Translations under genes and position numbers: made by a program
DNA from: Candidatus Latescibacterota bacterium
GTDB lineage: Bacteria > Latescibacterota > UBA2968 > GCA-2709665
NCBI GenBank assembly: GCA_965248435.1
Contig: OZ252100.1
Location: forward strand, 1,760,001-1,824,000
Direction of reading: 5' to 3'
DNA: 64,000 nt
Part shown: piece by piece, positions 29,460 through 39,600 of the stretch
How positions within the stretch are numbered: position 1 is the first letter of the stretch
How the letters are laid out: each line of letters opens with the position of its first letter
The notes under the pieces: generated by a model
What the model saw: only the letters and a program-made list of their open reading frames with translations
Told to the model about the DNA's origin: nothing
Databases searched by the model: none

Positions 29460-30856
29460 TCAGTAGGCCCCTCTAGCCAACAGCACCTTAGGGATCGTTT
29501 TCAGAATGATCTTGATATCCAGCAAAGGGGACCAGTTTTCGATATAGTAGAAGTCGAAGCGCAACGTCTCGTCGAAACTCAGGTCGCTCCGCCCACTGAT
29601 TTGAGCCAGACCCGTCAACCCGGGGAGCACCTCAAATCGCTTCCACTGCCAGCTTTCATACCGATCCACCTCAGATGGAAGCGGGGGACGCGGACCACAA
29701 CACTCATTTCGCCTTTGATCACGTTTATGAGTTGAGGAACTTCATCGACGCTGAATTTCCTAATCAGTCTTCCGATTCGAGTGATCCGCGGATCTTGCTT
29801 TATCTTGAAGAGCGCACCCTCAACCTCGTTCAATCCATCAAGTTCAGTCCTCAGCACCTCCGCGTCCTTGCGCATAGATCTGAGTTTGTAAATCATGAAA
29901 GGTCGTGCCTTTTTTCCAATCCGCTTCTGTCTCCAGACGACGGGTCCCTGGGATTCGAGCCTGATCAATGCGGCCGAGATGCCTATCAGCGGAGAAACAA
30001 CAAGCAGAGAACCGAGCGCCAGCAGTAGATCGATCGTTCGCTTCAAAATACGACTCGAGCGAAGGAAAATACGCTCTTCCAATGCAAAGATGGGTACCCC
30101 GGCCACTTCACGGACCTGAATCTGGCTGGTCAGCATGTGGAACAGCGTCGGGACCATGCTGAACTTCACCCTGGAATCCTGGCAGGCCCCCATAAGGGTC
30201 ATCACTCTGGAGGGATCGGCGTCCCCCGCCGTAATCATCACCTCATCCACCGGGCTGGATCGGAGCCTCTCGCTCACAATTTCGGGATCTGTTTCATCGA
30301 TCAGTCCAACCGGTGCATAGCCCAACTCTGGGTTCTTGCTGAGCAAGGTGTGAAAAGAGTGGCCAAAATGGCCGTTGCCCAAAATCAGCACACGGGTCAA
30401 ACCCACGCCCCGCCTGCGCAAGGCCGTAATGACCGTGTCAAAGCCGAGACGCCAGAACGTTAAGATGAAGATGCCCAGCAGCCAGGAAACGGCAATAACG
30501 ATTCGAGAATACGTCTCTATCGAGTCACCGGGAATTCTGCCCCTGATGGCAAAACTGACTGCCGCCGCAATCAGGTGGGAAAGCGTCACGGCCTTCACAA
30601 CCGCAAAGAAATCGTCGATGCCAAAAAAGGGCTGCTTCAGCCTGTACATGCCGGAATTGTAGAGCGTAACGAACCCCACGAACCCGATGAACACGGAAAA
30701 TCGCAGATACGTCCCAAAGTCCGCTTCCGGCGGTGTGGGAAAAACAGGAAGGTGGAACCGGGCCCAGTAGGCCAGCAGGAAGGCAGAAGCCAAAAATCCC
30801 GTGTCCAACGTGGCCAAGACCACCTTAAACACTGCCCGTTCATTTATCCGCGTCAA
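29460..30856 (-). pseudogene. Priming sugar transferase (WcaJ/WbaP family), split by a single-base frameshift
   Basis: 'KLRSMR', 'DPRITRIG', 'DEVPQLINV' in one frame and 'PGLTGLAQISGR...YYIENWS' in another. Restoring one G near 29695 gives the canonical 'GEMSVVGPRP'. May be a sequencing error. Confidence 0.85.
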
Positions 30857-30937
30857 ACAATGCCTCCGTCGACAAACAAATGGCCCTCCTTCTGCCAGAT
30901 AAAGAAAGGCCGCACGACAAACTGCCGGTCCAGTCCT

Positions 30938-31471
30938 TTATCCGCTTCCAGAGCGTTTCCCTCGATGTTTGAATTCATCGAAAATGGGGAACTGGGAGCG
31001 GCCTCTTTCTTCCACAGCCTTGTGGCACGAAGGACAAACAGAAATCAGATTGTCTGACCGATTGGCGTCGCTGGCAGCCTCGAACATCCTGGCTGGCACC
31101 AGGTGATGAACATCGAGTCGACGCCCGAGTGCCTCCTCCGATCGGCCGCAGATTCTACAGCGGAAGCCGTCTCGCCTTCTCGTGCGTGCGGCCTCTATCT
31201 TCCAGTTGCCGCCCCGAAAGGCCGGCCGGCCCGCCAATTGAACGGCAGTCGACTCATCTTCTCCAGACTCCCACGCTTCGCGGCAGTGGTTACCACAAAA
31301 ATGCAGCTCGAGCCCCTTTTCGGCGTACCATCGTGGTACGGAGAAGGGTCGCCTGCACCCGCGACACCGCACGTCCACCCGATCCGTTCTTCGAACCTTC
31401 GGCTCCTCAACAAAAGCGAACCGAATCTGGGAGGACAGCTCAGTAGCCTTCCGACGCCTCGCTCTGGGCAT
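30938..31471 (-). CDS. HNH endonuclease with N-terminal Zn-finger
   Basis: CRGC...FCGNHC, then RRDGFRCRIC...DVHHLVP...NLISVCPSCH. Confidence 0.8.
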   Translation of the reverse strand: MPRARRRKATELSSQIRFAFVEEPKVRRTDRVDVRCRGCRRPFSVPRWYAEKGLELHFCGNHCREAWESGEDESTAVQLAGRPAFRGGNWKIEAARTRRRDGFRCRICGRSEEALGRRLDVHHLVPARMFEAASDANRSDNLISVCPSCHKAVEERGRSQFPIFDEFKHRGKRSGSG

Positions 31472-31488
31472 CACCAATTCGCGAACAG

Positions 31489-32361
31489 CTAGAATTCGGG
31501 GACGATCACTGTTACCGTACTGTCGCGGGGAAGCGTCTCTTTCGTGAAGATGTCTGCAAGGGTTTGGGCATCCCGTACCTGCTCCAGCTCAAGAAGGGCC
31601 TTGACCACATCAAGCGTGTCTACGTCCACGACGACCGTATCCGCGAAGGCTCGGCTGCTCCCGCTGCTCAGGTCCCTTAGATGGGCAACGAACTGCCGGG
31701 TCCCGGTCGGAATCTGCGAAATCGTCACCAGGCGTCCGACCAAGCCCTCCTCTAAAGAACTGAACCCATCACCAAGACTGACAGATGCCAGGGGCAGCAT
31801 GTTCAAGTCGGGATGATGGGGCTCCTCGATCACTTCCAGGATATCCAGGACCGAGGAAGCGCTCAGCGAGGCGAGTCCCGCGGCGCTCAGGCTTGCTTCA
31901 GCCGTGTCGATCACCGCCTGGAAATCCACCCGACCCCCGATCCGAACCAGTCCGATCGGAATCAAGCGAGTTTGATCGGCCACGATGACCGAGTCTGCTG
32001 TCCCCCTAAACCGGAGGGTGCCGTCTGTATCAAACGCCGTCACGCGAAACCGCCGCTTCCCGGCGGCGATGTCGATGACCTCCCCTACGGCCAGGTTCCC
32101 CCCCGGGATCGGAAAGTTCAGATCTCGCTCGATCGGCTGAATCTGCCCGGTATCCGCCTCTGTCACCCTCACCTGCAAGCGCTGAATCAACCCGCGCGAG
32201 AATGAGGGTACACGCACGGAGATGAGCGCATTTCCGGCTTCGGACTGAAAAGCTGGTGCGAGGACCTTGAACGGCTTGCTGTCACATCCGATACCGGAGT
32301 AGAACAGAATGACCCAGGTAAGGGAGAGTAGAAAAAGGAATCGGATTGGAGTCTTTGACAT
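31489..32361 (-). CDS. Hypothetical lipoprotein (beta-rich)
   Basis: Lipobox GIGC; long ORF within the operon. Confidence 0.65.
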   Translation of the reverse strand: MSKTPIRFLFLLSLTWVILFYSGIGCDSKPFKVLAPAFQSEAGNALISVRVPSFSRGLIQRLQVRVTEADTGQIQPIERDLNFPIPGGNLAVGEVIDIAAGKRRFRVTAFDTDGTLRFRGTADSVIVADQTRLIPIGLVRIGGRVDFQAVIDTAEASLSAAGLASLSASSVLDILEVIEEPHHPDLNMLPLASVSLGDGFSSLEEGLVGRLVTISQIPTGTRQFVAHLRDLSSGSSRAFADTVVVDVDTLDVVKALLELEQVRDAQTLADIFTKETLPRDSTVTVIVPEF

Positions 32362-32403
32362 TTGTCGATGTTGTGGGAGTATAGGCAGTATTGCCGACTT
32401 GCG

Positions 32404-34554
32404 TCAACCCTCGTGCTGCGCCTTCAGTCTTTCCAGCCGCCTCGAGAGTGATTCTATACGATGGGCTTCTCGCCCGTTCCAAAGTCTGAAAAATGCCTCA
32501 TACGAAGAGATCGCGTTGCTCAGATCGCCCCGCTGCTCGAACACCTGCCCCAAATTGAAATAGATCTCCGCCTGACTGGAATCAACGGCGATTGCGTGGG
32601 AAAAGGCCTCCACGGCGTCGCTGAAACGACCATCCGAAACGTATGCATTACCTAAAGCGTTCAAAGCCTCGAGATGGTTGGGATCCAGCCTTAGGGCCTT
32701 CAGTGCTGAAAGCGTTGCCTGGTCTGCATCTCCCGTAAGCCGATGGAGGACGCTCATGTTTGCGTGGGCGGCAGGCAGATCGGGCCGATAGGTAACGGCC
32801 TTCTGAAACGCCGCCAGGGCTGCATCTCGCTCCCCCGCCGACGCCAGGATTGAGCCTATATTGTTGTAAGCAATACCCGACCGAGGGTTCAGCTTCAAGG
32901 CCCGGCCGTATGCTTCCAGTGCCGATTCGGTGTCCCCCGTCCCTCGCAGCGCGTCTCCGAGGCCGTTCCACATGCCTGGCGAGTTCGGATGGTAGGCGAG
33001 TCCCTGCTCGAAGTCTGCAAGGGCCTGGCCGTGCATCCCGAGCGCATCGTACGCTCGGCCTCGCATAAAGAAGGCGTCTTCATCAAAGGCTCCCCAGGAA
33101 AGTGCCGACCCGGCCTCCTGGATCGCTTCCGACCACCGGGATTCCGCGAACGCGAGTCGCAGCTGGAGGGCGTGGCGGTCGAACCCGATCTGTCGAGCAT
33201 TCAGCCAGATCCCGGCAACGAGGACGGCAGCCGCACCATAAACGACACCGCGCACCCACGGCCCGCGCTTCTCCCTCACCGGGCTGACCAGGCTGATCCC
33301 TGCCAGACTCAGGTAGAACGGCAGCCACGCTGCCGGAAATTCTCGTGGAAAGCTGAAGAGGCTGTTAATCACAGCTGCCAGGATCGCGCAAATCAGGACC
33401 CCGCCGATCAGCCGTCGCTCGGGCCTCTTGAGCAACGCGATCCCCATGCGCCCCGCAGTGTAGAGGAGAAAGAGATAGAGGCCCAGACCCAACGTTCCCA
33501 TTTCCGCCCAGATCCAGAGAAGGTCGTTGTGCGGCCTGTGAGAAACCGTCCCGGGGTCAATCAGATCGCCCTGGGCAAAGGCCGGATACGCTAGACGCCA
33601 GTTTCCGGCACCTACTCCTATGATCGGCCTGGCAGAAACCATCTCCAGCGTCCTTTTCCACATCGTCAGCCGGCCCCTGTCCCCACCGTCGTGAAACACC
33701 GAAGATACCGCGCCTTGAATAGATTGCTTGTTGTCCCACATCGCCTCCCCCTCTCCCTTCCGGATCTCCGCGGGAAGCGTCCCCAGACCGAGGGTCAGCA
33801 GAATAGCGACGGAGAGGGCAGCCAGTCTTGGTCTCGATGTTAACGTTTTCAATCCGTCCCGAAATTGGCGTCTGCCGTGAATCACGCTCAACACGCCGAC
33901 GCAGATCAACGCAAATCCAATCCCGATCCAGGCCCCTCGAGAGCGTGTTCCGAGCAGGAAGGCGCCTTCAAACCCCAGCGCCGCACCCCAGATAAGGATT
34001 GAGGAGCTTCGCTTACAGTTATACCAAACCCAGAATGTGAGGGGCAGCATCCCCACGAGATAAGCCGCGGCGATATTCCGGTGCCCGAGCGTCGCGCTTG
34101 GCAATCCCGCTGTCGGCACCCACGTCCGTGCCCAGCCAAAATATTGCGCGACCCCGAAAATCGACAGAATGGCCGCCGCCGCACTCGCGGCCGTCAGCAC
34201 CTTTTTGAAACCATTCCGGTCCAGGCCGTTCAGAAGGAACAGAAAAAAGAGGGCGAACCCGGTGTGCGTCGAAATCGCGAGGAGAGAAGCCGTTCGGTTC
34301 ATGGCGCCCGTTGTGGAAATAATCTCGGCCAACAGAAACGCCAGTACGGGCAGGACGAGGGGGGACCATTTCCACGATGTCCCTCTCGCCAGGCTCCATA
34401 CAACCATGCCCGACAGGGCGCACACCTGAAGGCAGAGCAGTTGAGGAAGTAACGCGAACCGGTTGACCCCGTGAAGGTGCGCGATCGGAATCAAGACGAC
34501 CGCGGCGACACCGATCCAGAGAGAGACTCGCGTATGTGGGCTTTGGGCTTCCAT
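32404..34554 (-). CDS. O-antigen ligase-family/TPR fusion (paralog 2)
   Basis: PSATLGHRN, TRSRGAW, DRGRL, GVGAGNW, RPHND, FSFPRE; TPRs. Confidence 0.85.
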   Translation of the reverse strand: MEAQSPHTRVSLWIGVAAVVLIPIAHLHGVNRFALLPQLLCLQVCALSGMVVWSLARGTSWKWSPLVLPVLAFLLAEIISTTGAMNRTASLLAISTHTGFALFFLFLLNGLDRNGFKKVLTAASAAAAILSIFGVAQYFGWARTWVPTAGLPSATLGHRNIAAAYLVGMLPLTFWVWYNCKRSSSILIWGAALGFEGAFLLGTRSRGAWIGIGFALICVGVLSVIHGRRQFRDGLKTLTSRPRLAALSVAILLTLGLGTLPAEIRKGEGEAMWDNKQSIQGAVSSVFHDGGDRGRLTMWKRTLEMVSARPIIGVGAGNWRLAYPAFAQGDLIDPGTVSHRPHNDLLWIWAEMGTLGLGLYLFLLYTAGRMGIALLKRPERRLIGGVLICAILAAVINSLFSFPREFPAAWLPFYLSLAGISLVSPVREKRGPWVRGVVYGAAAVLVAGIWLNARQIGFDRHALQLRLAFAESRWSEAIQEAGSALSWGAFDEDAFFMRGRAYDALGMHGQALADFEQGLAYHPNSPGMWNGLGDALRGTGDTESALEAYGRALKLNPRSGIAYNNIGSILASAGERDAALAAFQKAVTYRPDLPAAHANMSVLHRLTGDADQATLSALKALRLDPNHLEALNALGNAYVSDGRFSDAVEAFSHAIAVDSSQAEIYFNLGQVFEQRGDLSNAISSYEAFFRLWNGREAHRIESLSRRLERLKAQHEG

Positions 34555-35949
34555 TTATCCGGGCATCCAGCCAAAGGTCTGAGCCATTTCCTCAAACAGA
34601 CCACCTACCATCTGATTGATCGCCTCCTCCCACACCTGCTCCCGCTCGATCACATTGAGGTAACTCGTCCGGTCATCACTCGAAGTCGGGAAAAGCCTTA
34701 GCCCGCGGCTCTGCCTTCCCGTACCGGTCACCTGGGCGGACAACATCCGCTCTTCATCTCGCCGGTCTATCACCCGCACGTCGGCCTGCATCAGGGTGCG
34801 CGTCTCGGGAATTCCGATCAACAGCGGCACATTGGGCCGTGCGGATCGATTCGCCTCGTAACGCAGAACCCGTCCCGTGATCACGACGTCTACGTTGCTT
34901 ACCTGAGCCAGACGCATCGCCGCATCCGGGTCCAGAAATTCGGTCCCCTTGCCGATGTCTACGACCCGAACGTGCCCATAGCCTCCCAGGACCGTTCGAA
35001 TCCGATCGGCCACCATGTCCCCTGCCCCCTGTTGCTCAAAACCTGAGAAATTAACGACGGCCACGCGCACAGTAGTTTCCCTGTCCCGATCTACGGAGAT
35101 CCTCCTTACACGTCCTCCGAAGAATTTCTTCGCCTTTCCACCCAGCGTGGTATGGATCCGAAACCCGGCCATTCCCGAAAGGTTGGGGAGATCCTTACTG
35201 ATCCCCTTTTCCACGCCGACCTCCAGGCGGATGCCCCACAGGTTCATCTGACCGCCGAAGGCGGCCCGTTCAGTTCGGCCTCCGGCCGTTCTCGGTTCGT
35301 TCCAGTATTCGGCCGTCATCGTAAAGATCTGGCCGCGTCCCACCTCCACACCACCGCCGTAGATCAGGCCGGTCTGCCGCATTCCGGACGAAATCAGATA
35401 GCCCGCGTTCAATCGAAATCCCACGGCCTCCTTGTTGATGTCGAACAGCAACCGGGATGCGATTTCTCTGGAATCTCTGCGGTAGGGCCTTACGTTCAGC
35501 GCCTCACGACCGCCATAGCCGTAAGGGTGTGTGGCCATTAGACTCAATCCATAGTAAACGGAGGAAGGAAACCGGGCCGGAAATCCGAATTTCATTGCAG
35601 TCGTGATGTCCCCGGTCCCGTATTTCGTCAATCCCCCTGCAATGTCCAGTAACAGCGGGAAGCTCACCGAGATGTCTACCCCGTTCGCCAGGCCGTAGCC
35701 GAGTCCGAGGTGGCCCGTCAGGGAGGTCCCGTCACCCACTTTTGAAACATCGATCCGGTAGGCCTCATTCAGATAGCGCAGGTTGAAACCTCCCTTCCCC
35801 AGGGGCTCCGCTGAATCGATACGGAACAGCCCTTCTGCCATCGGCACGGGGAACGGAGGAGCGACATTGGCGGCCAGTACACTCTGCGCCCTCGCCTGCC
35901 CCGCCTGGAATAGACACAGGACCGTTATCATCAGGGAAAGCTGTCTCAT
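34555..35949 (-). CDS. Secreted protein: beta-barrel-like N-terminus plus CsgG/TolB-N-like alpha/beta C-terminal domain
   Basis: Signal peptide (AQA); amphipathic strands; C-terminal 'RVAVVNF...VDVVITGRV...ADVRVID'. Confidence 0.55.
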   Translation of the reverse strand: MRQLSLMITVLCLFQAGQARAQSVLAANVAPPFPVPMAEGLFRIDSAEPLGKGGFNLRYLNEAYRIDVSKVGDGTSLTGHLGLGYGLANGVDISVSFPLLLDIAGGLTKYGTGDITTAMKFGFPARFPSSVYYGLSLMATHPYGYGGREALNVRPYRRDSREIASRLLFDINKEAVGFRLNAGYLISSGMRQTGLIYGGGVEVGRGQIFTMTAEYWNEPRTAGGRTERAAFGGQMNLWGIRLEVGVEKGISKDLPNLSGMAGFRIHTTLGGKAKKFFGGRVRRISVDRDRETTVRVAVVNFSGFEQQGAGDMVADRIRTVLGGYGHVRVVDIGKGTEFLDPDAAMRLAQVSNVDVVITGRVLRYEANRSARPNVPLLIGIPETRTLMQADVRVIDRRDEERMLSAQVTGTGRQSRGLRLFPTSSDDRTSYLNVIEREQVWEEAINQMVGGLFEEMAQTFGWMPG

Positions 35950-36608
35950 GGCGCCTGTAACTCCTCTATCTTTCGAATCAGGTCTGGAGGGGTGAGTTGA
36001 TTCTGCAGGTAAGACGCTTCATATCCATCATCCAGCAGGTTCAGATGATGCAGGACATTGTCTGGATCGGGTGAGTCCGGCGTGGCCACGAACCGGCCCA
36101 GGAAGAAGAGGGCCTCAGCCACCGTCAAGTGGACATCCCGAAAATCGATATTGTCGTGAGAGGAGAAATAGACGGGATCCAGTGAAAGCGCCTGGTTGCC
36201 CGATATCCGGGCATCCTCATAATTGCCAAGAGCCAGCTCGAGACCGGACAGACCGACATACGCATCCGCGTTTCGCGGGTCTGCCCTCGTCGCCGTTAAG
36301 AAATTTTCCCTTGCGCTCTGCAGCAGTTTGTTCCTGAGTTGGCTGTCCACCTCCTGCCCGGCCTTGAGAAAGTTCAGCCACCCCAGGCCGTTGAAGGCCT
36401 CCGAAAAACTCGGGTCAAGGCTCAAGGCATTGTTGAACAGCTCCTCGGCCTTGTCAAGCTCGGTGTCTTTGTAAGACTCCCATCCCTCGAAGGTCAGCGT
36501 CTCTGCAGAACCGAATGTGCCGCCCTTTCCCGTGCCTCCCCCGCACGCGGTCAGAAACGCAGCGAAGGACGCGAGCAGAATGACAAGAATTCTATTTGAC
36601 TTGATCAT
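35946..36608 (-). CDS. TPR lipoprotein
   Basis: Lipobox LTAC after ATG 36608; TPR helices such as 'EAFNGLGW' and 'DAYVGLS'. Confidence 0.75.
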   Translation of the reverse strand: MIKSNRILVILLASFAAFLTACGGGTGKGGTFGSAETLTFEGWESYKDTELDKAEELFNNALSLDPSFSEAFNGLGWLNFLKAGQEVDSQLRNKLLQSARENFLTATRADPRNADAYVGLSGLELALGNYEDARISGNQALSLDPVYFSSHDNIDFRDVHLTVAEALFFLGRFVATPDSPDPDNVLHHLNLLDDGYEASYLQNQLTPPDLIRKIEELQAP

Positions 36609-36625
36609 AGGGCAACTCTTTTGGG

Positions 36626-39600
36626 CTACTTCAGAAGCAGCATCTTCATCGTCATTACCGCGCCCTCTGTCTCCAGGCGATAGAAGTAGATCCCGCCGGC
36701 AACCGAGCGCTGGACCGCGTCCCTGGCATCCCACGATATCGCGTATTGTCCTGGTTTCATGGGCTCTGAAAGCAGTCTCCGGACTTCCTGTCCCAGCATA
36801 TTGTAGACAGTCAGACGGACCATCGTCCGCTCCGGAATCTCAAACCCGATCGTGGTCGCAGGATTGAAGGGATTCGGAAAGTTCTGATGCAGGGCATATT
36901 CGGACGGAATCGGAATCAGATGTGTCAGGTCGATCTCTCGCTCCATCACTGCAGCATTGCCCGCAAGATCTGTCAGTTCGAGACGCAGGACGCGATCTCC
37001 CGGGTCGAACGTCTCGTCTGGCGCCCACACCACCGTGCCCTCCTCCGCCCCGTAGCTCGCCTCCACCTGTCTTCCGTCAACCGTCAGATGGATCGATCTA
37101 GAATCGATCCCACTCCCGGTCTCCTCCACCGGAATGGCCAACACACCTCGGCTCGCAATCACCTCCGGCTCGGCAGGGATGGGCGAAACCTCGTCAAGAA
37201 ACAGGCCGTATCGGCCGAACGCCGGGAAGGTTCCCGTCGTCCCCTTCCCGACGAAACGCCACTGCCCGAAATCCTCGTCCCAATGATAAACCCCCAGGTG
37301 ATCTCGCCCGGCGAGAGCTGAGTTGAAGCGAATTTCACCCTCGCCCCGGATGTCACCCTCCGTTGCGTGAACCCAGTAGACTTCGGAGGCCGGCTGTAGT
37401 GCGCCGTGAACGACCTCTACTCCGGGGCTTCTGCTGTCTGTTCGCCTCCGCTGCGGAATGATGGCGATAATCGAAGGTTTGGCTAGCGCCCCGGACGGCA
37501 GGGCGACGGTCAAACTCCGATTGGAGATCACAAACCCCGACTGAATTCCCGCTTCCTGGATCTCGAGTCGAACGGTGTCTGTGAGTGCAATACGCGTGGT
37601 CTCTGTGATGCCGGTGGCCGAAATCTCCACGCTTCCGATCACGTCATCTCCGAGCACGACGTCCCCGACCCACATCCCTTCCACGCCTGCAACCTCATTC
37701 ACGGTGACGGGCGCCGGTTTCGTATCCGGATCGTCACCGACCTGCACAACCAAAAAGGGATCGCTCAGCAGCTCCCTCCTGGAGATCACAAACACGTCCA
37801 AGAAGTTTTTGCGCACGGGGTTCGCGACCAGTGAGATTTCCAACAGGCCTCCGGGCGCAGCACCGGATCCCCCAACGACCTGAACGGGTGAGGCGAGCGT
37901 AACACGCTCGTCGCCCGTCACCCGGTCCTGGACCTGGACCTGAAAAACGATGGCCCCGGCGTTGCCGAAGAAGCCCGCGATGGGGCGCAAGATGGCATTC
38001 TGCTGGTCGATTTCCACACCCACGTTTTGATTCCCGTTCGAAGACCAGTCCAGATTTTGAGAATTCCCTGAGATCAAGAAAGAATTAAGGTCGATCGTCG
38101 TGTCCTGATCCGCCGTCAGCGTGATCGCGATCTGATCCACCACCTGGAGCGTACCCGCGCCACCCTGCGGTACCACAAAGACCCTCAGGCTATCCGTGTC
38201 GCTTCTGCCGCTTACCGTATCCGTCGCAGTGATCTCGACAAACGTGTTGCCCTCCTGAAGACCGACCAGGACGACTTCCCGCGTCGTCGGGAAGGCGAAA
38301 ACGACCGTCGGGTCCACCGAGTTCGCATCCCAGCGCACGCTGTTGGGATCGCCCACCTGGATGAATTGGACGAGGTCTATCGTATCCCGCCCTCCCTGCT
38401 CCACGGTTACGGAACCACCTGTATCGAGCAGAACACTGCCCGGGTTCAACACGATCACACGCATCGTGTCGTTTGCGGCATTACCAGCAGGGTCTGCAAC
38501 TGTAAAGACGATCTCCTCCACGCCATTGCCAACCGCGGGCGCGGTGAAGACAGTACTGTGAGTTGAGGTGTTGATACTGACCGACACACCGACCTGACCC
38601 GAGGCCGTCCAGGTCATATCAGAATCGGTGTTGTTGGCGTCGAAGTAATAGTCGTCGAGGTCGAGCGTGCTCGTCGTGTTCGCCAGGATGATCAGATCGG
38701 GAAGTCCGCCGGCAACCGGGATTCCAGTAACGGGCGAGGCGGAGTAAATTCTCACGGAAAGGGTATCGAACAGGGCGGTCGGGTCCGTCACGGTCAGGGT
38801 TGTCTGCCGGAAACCTACAGAATCGGGTGCAGAACCGACCTGTAGTTGACGATTGGTGAGCGCGCTGCCGATGAGCTGGACCAAAGAAACCGGCGTTGCG
38901 GACCAGTTGAGCAACTGCTTGGGCGTGTCCAGGTCATTCACGAGCGTGTCCAGCGCAACGGTTGAGACACCTGCCCCGGCGCTAACGCCTATCTTCAGAC
39001 CCTGACTTCCGTACGGTTCGATCACCTCGGGGGCCTGGGGCTCCTCCAGGGGCATCACGCTGACTCTAATCGACTGCACATCCGTCCCTCCAGATGGGTC
39101 TCGCGCCACGACGTCCACCATTCGGGTACCCATAAATGGCGGCACCGCCGTGATCGAAATCCGCCTGTTGTCCGGGCTCACGTCAAACGCAATGCTGTCC
39201 GCACCAGAGAAGGAAAACTGGAGAGCCTCGAACAGGTCATCCACATCGCGAACGAAGTCAGGCAGGTCCAGGGTCTCCTGGCCCAGGATTCCGATTTCGA
39301 TGTCGGGAAACGCCTGGATGTACTCCGGAGGATCGTTCACGGAAGTAACGATGACCACCACCTGCACCGTATCCGTCAACGTGAACCGATCTTCCACGAC
39401 AAACACCCTGGTTTCCGTCCCAAAGTAGTTGGGTTCTGCAGTAAAGGTCACGCGCTGGTTTTGATCGATGAAGGCGAACGTCTTCGTATCGGAGTCAGGC
39501 GAAGAAAACGTCAGGACTTCCCCCGGATCCGGATCGATGGCGACGAGCACTAGGCTCGAATCCCGTCCATCTTCCAGAAACTGAATCGTATCGGGAATGG

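Noticed and set aside
29681-29700. Programmed frameshift or phase-variable tract in the sugar transferase
   Set aside because: Only a 2-3 nt run at the break and no slippery heptamer; a sequencing error or point deletion is simpler.
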